Positions 1-8,075 of a stretch of DNA of 64,000 nt are shown piece by piece; position 1 is the first letter of the stretch; the number at the start of each line of letters is the position of its first letter. Below the pieces are notes generated by a model that made no database searches, had not been told where the DNA came from, and saw only the letters and a list, made by a program, of their open reading frames with translations. The stretch spans positions 1,088,001-1,152,000 of the forward strand of contig CAVZZO010000003.1 in assembly GCA_963779755.1 (NCBI GenBank), read 5' to 3'. The position numbers were made by a program, and so were the translations under genes. This stretch comes from an uncultured Gemmatimonadales bacterium (lineage in GTDB: Bacteria; Gemmatimonadota; Gemmatimonadetes; Gemmatimonadales; GWC2-71-9).

Positions 1-1218
1 CGCCCGGCACTGCCTGCGATGTACCTCGGCGCCGACTGGCGCAACGGGCAGAATCTGGTCTGGTTCTTCGATATTTCATCCCGCGCCCTGGGGCTGGCCG
101 CGCTCGTGCTTCTTCTGGCCTTGCTGGTCAGGCCTGAGCCCGGCGCCGGCGGGCTCGCCGCGCTGGCCGGCGCGACCGCCCTCACCACCGCGCTGAATCC
201 CATAGTGGGCCTGGCGGGGGCCGGCCTGCTCGGGGCATCACTTCTCGCCCTCGGCTGGCGATTCCACCGGCCGGCCCCGGCGTCCCGCGCGATGCCGCGC
301 GAGGCGCTCTGGAAAACCGCCGCCCTCGCCGCGGGAGTCCTGGGTGCGTTACCGACCTATATGGTTCTCCTGCGCCACTCGGGCGGAGCGGGCGGCCTGT
401 CCAATCCGGCTCAAGTGCAGCTCAAGATCCTCGCCCTGGGAGCCGGCGCCCTGGTCCTCGTTCCACTGGCGCTCCTGGGAGCGCGGGCAACCCGCAATGC
501 ATCCTCGCTCAGCGTGCACGCCGTTGCCCTCGCGGGCCTCGGCCTGCTGGCGGCGGCGGTCGCGATCCACCTGGAGAAGGGTAACGAGCACAACCTGGTC
601 AATGCCGCCGCGGTGCTGCTCGCGGTGCCAGCGGCCGGGTGGCTGGTGCAGCGCCTCGACGGGAGTTCCCGCCCACCCGCCGTGGGCCGGCGGCGAGTAT
701 TGCTCGCCGCGCTCCTGTTCCTCCCGGTGACGGCCGGCACCTGGTGGAGTTTTGACGGCCGCCCTGGCCTGCCGCTGCGCACCGCGGGAGGGCGGCTCCT
801 GCGGGAACCGCCCGGCCACCCGCTGGCGCGCTTCTACGACTGGACCGTCCGACACACCGACCCGCACGCCGTGTTTCTGGTGGACCCCTCGCAGCCGGTC
901 AAGATGTCGGGCAATGTGATGGAATTGCCCGCCTTCACCGGGCGGGAGATCTACGTGGGGCAATTGAACTACATGTCGAGTTCCTACCCGGACGTCCGCG
1001 CCCGGATGCAGTTGGCCCGCAAGGCCGAGGCGGGATTCCCGCTGGATGAACGGGACCTGGCCGGATTGCGGCGGCTCGGGCGGCCCGTGTACCTGGTGAG
1101 CTATCGTGCGACCGATCCGGCTCTGGCCGGACAGCTACGGGCGGCCTATGGCGCACCGGTCTTTGCGGACGGCTTTGTCGCAGTCTTTTCAGTGGTGCAA
1201 TCGTTGGCAGGGCACTGA
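1..1218 (+). CDS. Multi-pass membrane protein, probable GT-C-fold glycosyltransferase (5'-truncated by the window edge)
   Basis: Frame is open to position 1. Many hydrophobic helices are followed by a soluble C-terminal domain (WTVRHTDPHAVFL...PAFTGR) of the kind seen in GT-C-like proteins. Confidence 0.55.
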   Translation, partial: RPALPAMYLGADWRNGQNLVWFFDISSRALGLAALVLLLALLVRPEPGAGGLAALAGATALTTALNPIVGLAGAGLLGASLLALGWRFHRPAPASRAMPREALWKTAALAAGVLGALPTYMVLLRHSGGAGGLSNPAQVQLKILALGAGALVLVPLALLGARATRNASSLSVHAVALAGLGLLAAAVAIHLEKGNEHNLVNAAAVLLAVPAAGWLVQRLDGSSRPPAVGRRRVLLAALLFLPVTAGTWWSFDGRPGLPLRTAGGRLLREPPGHPLARFYDWTVRHTDPHAVFLVDPSQPVKMSGNVMELPAFTGREIYVGQLNYMSSSYPDVRARMQLARKAEAGFPLDERDLAGLRRLGRPVYLVSYRATDPALAGQLRAAYGAPVFADGFVAVFSVVQSLAGH

Positions 1219-1308
1219 CGAGCCTTCCGCGTCTTCCGCGCGACTTGCGAGCAGTGCACCGGATCCTCATCTTGGGTGCCCGGCTCGTTCCCAATCCCAG
1301 GAGGAGAA

Positions 1309-1959
1309 ATGCATATGCGCCCCCTGATTCCCTGCCTGCTGGCGGTCGGAGCCGTTCTGGCGTGCTCCGACAATGCGCCCACCCGCCCCGCCGACGCACC
1401 AATGGCCGCCCTCGCCAGCCTCCCGGCTCCGGGACAGGCGATCCCCACCGGCGAGCGTATTCATGGACAGAGCGTGCTCGAGGCGGTCTACGACGCCGAG
1501 CATGCCGGCGCGATCGGCTTCGTCAGTACGCCGATACACGCTCCGATGCACGCCAACGAGAAGGCCTGGGCGCCGATCTACATCGTCGTCTATCCCACGA
1601 ATTCCAGCGTGACGGGGACGCTGCTGTGCGAGGATATCCCGGCGGAGAACTGCCCCGACCACGGACCGGCGATCGCGGGGCTCGCACAGCAGATGCAGCC
1701 CGGAGTGTATGGAGGCGGGGTGCGGGGCCATGATCACCTGATGGATTACCCCGGAGGCGACGAGTTCAATGTTGCCTGGGAGCCCATCGTGGTGCTGTTC
1801 ACCAACAGCGCGGCCGCGAATCAGCACGTCCTGACGGACGCCCAGATCGATGCGATGGTGCAGAGCGGCGACGCGATCGAGATCCCGCTGCCTTCGGCCA
1901 CCTTCCATTGCGCGGCGGTAGCCCCGGCGCTGTGGAAGCGGTCGACGCCGATCAGCTGA
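1309..1959 (+). CDS. Lipoprotein of unknown function, His/Cys-rich
   Basis: GGAGGAG RBS precedes ATG 1309. Signal peptide ends in lipobox VLAC. Motifs CEDIPAENCPDH, GHDH and FHC. Confidence 0.7.
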   Translation: MHMRPLIPCLLAVGAVLACSDNAPTRPADAPMAALASLPAPGQAIPTGERIHGQSVLEAVYDAEHAGAIGFVSTPIHAPMHANEKAWAPIYIVVYPTNSSVTGTLLCEDIPAENCPDHGPAIAGLAQQMQPGVYGGGVRGHDHLMDYPGGDEFNVAWEPIVVLFTNSAAANQHVLTDAQIDAMVQSGDAIEIPLPSATFHCAAVAPALWKRSTPIS

Positions 1960-1966
1960 ACGGTCC

Positions 1967-1997
1967 GGTGGACCGGTGGCCATCCCACCGGTCCACC
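1967..1997. terminator. Hairpin between convergent genes, probable bidirectional terminator
   Basis: Perfect 13-bp stem GGTGGACCGGTGG / CCACCGGTCCACC with a 5-nt loop, just after the stop at 1959. Confidence 0.6.
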
Positions 1998-2045
1998 ACC
2001 GGCGCGTCCCTTCTTCCGTCCTGACATCTGGCCCGTCCGAGACGG

Positions 2046-2777
2046 CTATCCCCGGCGATACTTCCAGAAGGTCCGCGAGCCGATGAACCAGTCGCGCAGG
2101 CCGATCTTCTTCCCTTCGGAACGGGACCGCGGGAAATAGCGGATCGGCACTTCGCGGATGGTGCAGCCCCGGGCGAGCAGCCGGGCGGTGATCTCGTGGT
2201 CCAGCTCGAACCCCGAGGATCCGAGCGGCAGCGATTGCACCAGAGCGGCGGGAAACAGCTTGAGCGCGGTCACGGTGTCGGTCAGGTAGGTGCCGGTGCA
2301 TGCCAGCGCCACCAGGCTCAGGCTCTGGCCGCCCAGGTAGGCGGGCCAGCTCTGGCCGGGATACTTGCCGGCCAGCAGGTTGCGCAGCGGCCCCGCCTCC
2401 GGATGCTTCAGATAGCGGCTCCCGTAGACCGCGTCCACCCCCTTCACGCCGAGCGCGCGCAGCATGGGGAGATAGTCCGCCGGATCGTATTCCAGATCCG
2501 CGTCCTGGATGATGAGATACGTCCCGGTGGCCAGCCGGATGCCGGCGCGCACCGCGGCGCCCTTGCCGCTGTTCCGCTCCAGCCGGTGCAGCCGGACATC
2601 GGGAAACCCCGCCACGATCTCCGGGGTCCGGTCGCGGGAACAGTCGTCCACCACGACGATTTCCCGGTCCACCCCGGCCGCCCGGAGATCGAGCGCGCGG
2701 ATCCGCTCCAGCAGCGTGCCGATGAAGCGTTCCTCGTTGTAGGCCGGGATGACGATGGACAATACCGGCAGGCTCAT
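2046..2777 (-). CDS. GT2 glycosyltransferase, DPM1/polyprenol-phosphate glycosyltransferase-like
   Basis: SIVIPAYNE, VVDDCSRD, NSGKGAA, IQDADLEYDP, GFELDHE and EGKKI motifs. Confidence 0.9.
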   Translation of the reverse strand: MSLPVLSIVIPAYNEERFIGTLLERIRALDLRAAGVDREIVVVDDCSRDRTPEIVAGFPDVRLHRLERNSGKGAAVRAGIRLATGTYLIIQDADLEYDPADYLPMLRALGVKGVDAVYGSRYLKHPEAGPLRNLLAGKYPGQSWPAYLGGQSLSLVALACTGTYLTDTVTALKLFPAALVQSLPLGSSGFELDHEITARLLARGCTIREVPIRYFPRSRSEGKKIGLRDWFIGSRTFWKYRRG

Positions 2778-3526
2778 GGAGCCTCCCGCATTCGCAGATA
2801 CTCCGCCACCCGTTCCAGCTCGGCGGGCGTATTGATTCCCACCGCCTCCCGGCGATCCTCCACCGCGAACGTCACCACCGGCCGGCGGCGCTGGAGCCAG
2901 GGAATGAAGGGCAGGAAGTTACGCTCGCCCGTTCCCGCGGCGGGCGCCGCCTCGGACGCATAGGCCGGCAGCAACTCCCCGTAGGTTGGCCCCCGCAGGG
3001 CGAACAATCCCATGTCGGCCTCTCCCACCGGGGGCATGCGGTCTCCCTCCCGCCGCTGCAGCACGCCGCTAATGGTCCCCTGCCCGTCGCGGGTGAAATG
3101 GATGTAGGGGTCGGGAGCCTGGATGGTGGGGAACGCCAGGGCCGGCGCGGGCGTGGCTCCCGCCGCCAGCGCCAGGCGCCGGACCGTCTCCGCCCCGACC
3201 GCCACCTGGTCGCACCAGGTGATCCAGATCTCCCCGGGCAGCGGATGCGGCAGGGCCACGCTCGCCGCCAGGATCGCATCCAGCATACCGGTGGGCTCCG
3301 GCTGCAGCGCCGGGAGGATGGATTCGCCGCGGCCGCGGGCAAAGCGGCCGAAGGCATCCCTGAATGCCGGGCTGATGACGACCACGAACCGGTCCACCAG
3401 CCCGGCGTAGCGCTCGAGGATGTGCTGCAGCATCGGTTTGCCGTTCACCGGCACCAGCATCTTGGGCAACTCGCTGCCCAGCCGGCTTCCCCGCCCCGCG
3501 GCCGGGACGATCAGGACGCGCCGCAT
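2774..3526 (-). CDS. Nucleotidyltransferase (NTP-transferase, GlmU N-terminal-like)
   Basis: Start MRRVLIVPAAGRGSRLG..PK, then QPEPTG, WCD and C-terminal GINT. Confidence 0.85.
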   Translation of the reverse strand: MRRVLIVPAAGRGSRLGSELPKMLVPVNGKPMLQHILERYAGLVDRFVVVISPAFRDAFGRFARGRGESILPALQPEPTGMLDAILAASVALPHPLPGEIWITWCDQVAVGAETVRRLALAAGATPAPALAFPTIQAPDPYIHFTRDGQGTISGVLQRREGDRMPPVGEADMGLFALRGPTYGELLPAYASEAAPAAGTGERNFLPFIPWLQRRRPVVTFAVEDRREAVGINTPAELERVAEYLRMREAP

Positions 3527-4176
3527 GCCGCCGGTCCGGAGAGAAAGCCGGCCAGCGCCGCCAGGTCCGGCAGCGCGGCCAGGAAGCGGGGGTGCCGGAG
3601 GCGCAGCCCGCTGCGGACACTCACCACCGTGGCGCCCGCGGCCAGGCCGGCGGCGATTCCGGCCTCGCTGTCTTCCACCACCAGCGCCGCCTCCGGCCCG
3701 GTTCCGCAACGGGCCAGCACCAGCCGGTAGGTTTCGGGATCGGGCTTGCCCCGGCGGATATCGTCCCCGGTCACTACCACGGGGAAGAACTCCTCCAGGC
3801 CGGCATGCCGGAGCACCCGGTCCGCGGTGGCGGAGGAGGCTCCCGTACCCAGCGCCAGCCTGCGGCCCTGCCGGCGCAGGTCGCGCAGCGTCGGCACGCT
3901 GTCGGGAAACAGCAGCGCCGACCCGGCCACCAGCACCCGCGCCCGCTCCTGCTTGAACCGGACCCAGCCGGCGCGTTCGGCATCGTCCGCCGCCAGCGAC
4001 CCGGTGATTTCCGCCACCACCTCCGCCGTCGTGCGGCCCGCGATGCTGGCGTAATCGGGGCCCCGGATGCCGATTCTGGCCCACAACTCGGAAAAGGCGC
4101 GCTCATGACACGGCGTGGTATCAACCAGGACGCCGTCCAGATCGAAGACGATCAGGCCGGACGGATCCGGGCTCAC
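3511..4176 (-). CDS. HAD-family phosphatase (beta-PGM/CbbY-like)
   Basis: FDLDGVLVD motif I, KPDPE, and VEDSEAG motif IV. Confidence 0.9.
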   Translation of the reverse strand: MSPDPSGLIVFDLDGVLVDTTPCHERAFSELWARIGIRGPDYASIAGRTTAEVVAEITGSLAADDAERAGWVRFKQERARVLVAGSALLFPDSVPTLRDLRRQGRRLALGTGASSATADRVLRHAGLEEFFPVVVTGDDIRRGKPDPETYRLVLARCGTGPEAALVVEDSEAGIAAGLAAGATVVSVRSGLRLRHPRFLAALPDLAALAGFLSGPAACGAS

Positions 4177-6266
4177 TTGGGCAGGCTGACGGCGCCGGGT
4201 TGGTAATCCTCGATAGCGGGCCGGACGTCGGCGCCGCTGTCGCCCGGCTCCAGCGGGGAGCCGCCCCAGCGTCCCCGGAGGATGGCCAGCAGGGATCGCA
4301 CCCCCTCGCCCACGGTGGTGCGGTGGACCTTCTCCGGGGAAATGGGGAAGTAGTAGACCGGGACCTCCAGAATCTCGGCCCGCCGCCGCAGCAACCGGGC
4401 GAGCAGCACATGATTGAACTCGCGCCGGCTCCAGATGCCCGGAAGGGAGCGCAGCCAGGAGGAGCGCACCGCTCGCACCCCGGACAGCGTGTCCGAGATA
4501 TAGCGCCCGTAGAGCAGGAGACAGGCCAGGCTCAGGAGATGGCTGCCGGCATAGCTGACGGCGGCCTTGAGACTGCGGTGGCGGTAGAGCAGACGGTAGG
4601 CCTGCCGGATATCGTTGACCGAGAGCCGGCGGCTGCCCCAGACGGCGTCGATCCGCCCGCCGGGCAGATGGTTCAGCAGCGCCACGACGTCGTCCCCCTT
4701 GTACATCCCGGAGGACTCGAAGAGCACCAGATATTCGTAGGTCCGGTCCTGCGCGATCCGGTCCAGTGCGGCGTCCGTTGTGGACCCCAGGCCGGCGAGG
4801 TTGTGCAGTCCGAAGGGCAGGGAGGCCTCGAAACCGGCATCGAACGACTCCGCCCCCTCGTAGAACACCGTGGGCACCACCGGAACGCGCTCCACCCCGG
4901 CCCGGATGATCTCGACGATGCTCTGCCCCACCTTGTTGAGCGAGCCGCCGCCCAGCAGCGCCACCGCGACGCGGGGGCGTTCGCCCCGGCGCAGGAAGGA
5001 CTTGATGAACGGCGTGAGCACACGGGACGCGTCGTGCCGGCCGGAGACGCCGTCCTCGTAGTTGCCGATGCGCACCAGCCGGGGATCCTCCAGGCTCTCC
5101 AGCCGCCCCAGCGGCACGTAGGGTGTGCTGGTCTCCGGGTGCCCCGGCTCATTGAGCAGGAAATGCGTGATGAGACAGGGCGTCGGGATGTTCACCCGGT
5201 TCTTCTCCCGCAGGTAGTACTGCGCCCGGGTAATGAGATCCACCGCGCTGCTGCCGGAAATTTCGGCGTCTTCCACCAGGTTGGTGATCAGGACCTTGAC
5301 CGCGTGGAGATTCCGGGCCACCGCCGCTCCCAGGCCGGGCGTCAGGTAGGAGGGGAAGAGGCTCGAATGCTGGGTGCCGGGTGCATAGACGATGAGGTCG
5401 GCCTCGGCCAGGCGGCGCAGCAGCTCCGGGTTGGCGGCCGGGGTGACCTCGTGCGCGCCGACGTAACGCTGCAGCTCGTGCGCCGGCCCGGCATTGAGCC
5501 GGTCGCGGTCGGCGGCCGCGGGCGGCCGGTCCAGCAGGAAGATGTCCTTCAGGTCATGGGGCCGGTCGGCGCTCACGATCTCGGCTTCGGAACCGAGCAG
5601 CCGCCCGTTCCGGTCCAGCGCCACCAGCCACGCGTTCTCGCCCTGGGTGACGTTCAGGATCAGGCCGGCGGGAAGGCCCAGCAGGGCGCAGTAATCCTCC
5701 ACCGCCGGGTTGAACCGGCGGCCGCAGTGGAGGAAGCATCCCGCGAAGACCAGATTGCCCAGACTGCAGTCGGCAAAGGCAAAGGGAAAACCGCTGCGGT
5801 CCAGCTCGGCCTGCACCAGACGCAGCCGGCTCCCCACCGCGGAACGCACGGCGGGATCGATCCCGGCCGTCATCTGGAGCATGCGGCGTCCGGCATCGTC
5901 GTCCGGCGCCGGCGCCGGGGCCGGCGCGCCGGCCAGGCCGAGAATCCGCCGCGCATCCGCCGCCTCACAGGGATCCGGCAGGCGGAAATCCAGCAGGGCG
6001 ATCAGCTGCTCATCGCAGGTCCGCAGCTCCATCGCCAGCCGGGATGCGTTCTTGCGAAAGTCCGACGGGCCCAGGCAGTCGGGCAGGAACCGGCGGATTT
6101 CGCCGGTGGAGAGCCCGTCGTCATAGCCGTTGATGGCGAGGGTCAGCACGATCCGCTCGTTCTTGAGCAGCTCGCGCGACAGCACGCCCGAGCCCCGGCC
6201 GCCGGTGAAGAGGACCACCCGCACCGGCTCCGCGGGCAGCATCGTCGCGCGGTCGGGGTGGGGCAT
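4173..6266 (-). CDS. YvcK/GlmR-CofD family protein fused to a degenerate DPM1-like GT2 domain
   Basis: N-part: VLFTGGRGSG, YDDGLSTG, GPSDFRKN, SLGNL, ADLIVYAPGTQHSSLFPS, KVLITNL, RHD. C-part: DAVWGSRR, ISDTLSG, ILEVPVYY, with ESS where DxD is expected. Confidence 0.8.
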   Translation of the reverse strand: MPHPDRATMLPAEPVRVVLFTGGRGSGVLSRELLKNERIVLTLAINGYDDGLSTGEIRRFLPDCLGPSDFRKNASRLAMELRTCDEQLIALLDFRLPDPCEAADARRILGLAGAPAPAPAPDDDAGRRMLQMTAGIDPAVRSAVGSRLRLVQAELDRSGFPFAFADCSLGNLVFAGCFLHCGRRFNPAVEDYCALLGLPAGLILNVTQGENAWLVALDRNGRLLGSEAEIVSADRPHDLKDIFLLDRPPAAADRDRLNAGPAHELQRYVGAHEVTPAANPELLRRLAEADLIVYAPGTQHSSLFPSYLTPGLGAAVARNLHAVKVLITNLVEDAEISGSSAVDLITRAQYYLREKNRVNIPTPCLITHFLLNEPGHPETSTPYVPLGRLESLEDPRLVRIGNYEDGVSGRHDASRVLTPFIKSFLRRGERPRVAVALLGGGSLNKVGQSIVEIIRAGVERVPVVPTVFYEGAESFDAGFEASLPFGLHNLAGLGSTTDAALDRIAQDRTYEYLVLFESSGMYKGDDVVALLNHLPGGRIDAVWGSRRLSVNDIRQAYRLLYRHRSLKAAVSYAGSHLLSLACLLLYGRYISDTLSGVRAVRSSWLRSLPGIWSRREFNHVLLARLLRRRAEILEVPVYYFPISPEKVHRTTVGEGVRSLLAILRGRWGGSPLEPGDSGADVRPAIEDYQPGAVSLPK

Positions 6267-6268
6267 GC

Positions 6269-7594
6269 TCAGCTTCCCTCCAGCGCCAGCGCGCCGGCCG
6301 GTCCGGACAGCCCGACCTCCTCCGGGGCCTGCGCGAGCCGGTGCCAGCGGGCCAGCAGCTCGCCCTGGTAGCGGAGCAGCCACAGCAGGAAGAGCAGCAG
6401 CGGCCCGGCCTTCACCAGGCTCACCGCCAGCAGGGCGGCGTGGCTCGTCAGGGGGACGTGACTTCGGAACGCCATCACCAGGATCAGGTTCTGCGCCGGC
6501 ATCAGCGCGAAGAGGCAGACCAGCAGGAGCCGCGCTCCCCTGCTCCAGCTTCGCCACTGGGCCACCAGGAAGAGCAGCGGGATGAAGAGCAGCGACAGGT
6601 AATGCTCCCAGACGACCTGGACCGCCAGCAGGCTGAGTGCGACCGCCAGGAACATATCGAGACCGCGGCGGGCGCGCGTTTCCGGAAGCAGCCGGTGGGC
6701 GCGCCAGGCCAGCCACACGATGGTGGCGGCACCCAACCCGCGCAAGCCGAGGCCGATCAGGCCGGGGAGCGGGCCGCCCTCGCCGAATACCGGCCCGGAA
6801 TCACGGATGGGGCGGAAGGCGTCGCCCAGGATGGCCAGCGAGCTGTTGAAGAACCAGGGCGAAGGCTTCCGGCTCCCCGCGATCAGGATGTCGAGAAACT
6901 GCCGGTGAATCGGCCATCCCAGCAGGAGGATGGAACCGGCGGCGGCGGCGAGAAATATCCCGGCGAGCCACAGGGCGAACCTCCGGCCCCCCAGAAAGAA
7001 CAGCAGCGCCGGAATGAACACGAAGCCCGGTTTGATCAGCACCACGAGCAGCAGGGCCAGCGCGGCCCCCGGCCATAGCCGCCGGCGGTAGGCCCGGGAC
7101 GCCGCGACCACCAGGAGAAACACGAACGGCGTCGTCTGCCCGCCCACCCGGTAGATGGTCCAGAACGGCTGGTACAGCGCGACCAGGAGCAGGATGACGA
7201 GCGCGAAGGATTGCCGGGCGTCCACCGCGTCGAGGCCGGCTGCTTCGGCGGTCTGCCGGTAGAGGCAGAACAGGCCCACGGCAAAGGCGATGGTTCCCGC
7301 CAGTTTGAACAGCACCAGCGCGACGGGAGCACTGAAGAGCGCCAGGGGGGCGTACAGCCAGGCGGAGAGTGGCGCGCCCCAGAAGGCCATGCCTCCCTGG
7401 GGAGCGGCCCCGGCGATCAGGGAACCGGGGCGATAGATCTCGCCCAATTCGCCGGCTGCGGCACGACGCCCGGTATCGTAGAAATTCGCGAAGTCCCATC
7501 CCGCCCCCGCCGGGATCAGGATCCCGATGAGGGCCGGCACGCCCAGAACGAGGAGGCCGGTGATCAGGAGCCGGCGACGGCTGATGGGCGACAT
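6269..7594 (-). CDS. GT87/DUF2029-like GT-C membrane glycosyltransferase
   Basis: WDFANFY, GGQ, IKP and VWEHY motifs with about 10 TM helices. Confidence 0.8.
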   Translation of the reverse strand: MSPISRRRLLITGLLVLGVPALIGILIPAGAGWDFANFYDTGRRAAAGELGEIYRPGSLIAGAAPQGGMAFWGAPLSAWLYAPLALFSAPVALVLFKLAGTIAFAVGLFCLYRQTAEAAGLDAVDARQSFALVILLLVALYQPFWTIYRVGGQTTPFVFLLVVAASRAYRRRLWPGAALALLLVVLIKPGFVFIPALLFFLGGRRFALWLAGIFLAAAAGSILLLGWPIHRQFLDILIAGSRKPSPWFFNSSLAILGDAFRPIRDSGPVFGEGGPLPGLIGLGLRGLGAATIVWLAWRAHRLLPETRARRGLDMFLAVALSLLAVQVVWEHYLSLLFIPLLFLVAQWRSWSRGARLLLVCLFALMPAQNLILVMAFRSHVPLTSHAALLAVSLVKAGPLLLFLLWLLRYQGELLARWHRLAQAPEEVGLSGPAGALALEGS

Positions 7595-7715
7595 CAGGAC
7601 TGAGGCGATAATTCGGATGCCGGCCGTCTCGCCGGCCGGCGGTGCGGGAGCGCGGAGCGGAAAACCCGGCAGGCCGGGCGCCGGTTCGGAGCGGAGCGGC
7701 GCCGGACCCGGCCCC

Positions 7716-7877
7716 TCACCCGCGCCGGAACAGCGAACCCACCTTCTTTGCCACCCCGACCACCTGGCGCCAGAAGATCATCAGGACGCCCCCGATCGCC
7801 CCCAGGATGGAGGTGAGGGGGAGAATCTGATCCGGCCCGACATAGAGAAGATGGAGACTCAGGAGATGCAGTGTCAT
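7716..7877 (-). CDS. Small (53 aa) single-TM protein with a YxGP motif
   Basis: MTLHLLSLHLLYVGPDQILPLTSILGAIGGVLMIFWRQ...; purine-rich stretch upstream; follows a sigma54 motif. Confidence 0.65.
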   Translation of the reverse strand: MTLHLLSLHLLYVGPDQILPLTSILGAIGGVLMIFWRQVVGVAKKVGSLFRRG

Positions 7878-7963
7878 CCGGCAGACCCTTTCTTCGGCCC
7901 CGGTAAGAGAATTACTGGCCCCCGCTGCGGGAAGGGGCGTTTGCTGGTGCTGCCTGAGGCAGG

Positions 7964-7978
7964 GCAACCCCTGTGCCA
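7964..7978 (-). promoter_or_regulatory. Sigma54 -24/-12 promoter
   Basis: TGGCACAGGGGTTGC on the minus strand, a full match to TGGCAC-N5-TTGC. Confidence 0.75.
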
Positions 7979-8075
7979 GTCACTCCCCGCAGAGTCCAGC
8001 ACAGCGGGAGAGCAGCGGAGCCAATCTGATACCCAGCCTGGCGGATAGCTATGACGGCCGCCACAGACTGTTGCA

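Noticed and set aside
4173..6266. Coenzyme F420 biosynthesis (cofD)
   Set aside because: No cofE/cofG/cofH nearby; the motifs look closer to YvcK and the context is glycosylation.
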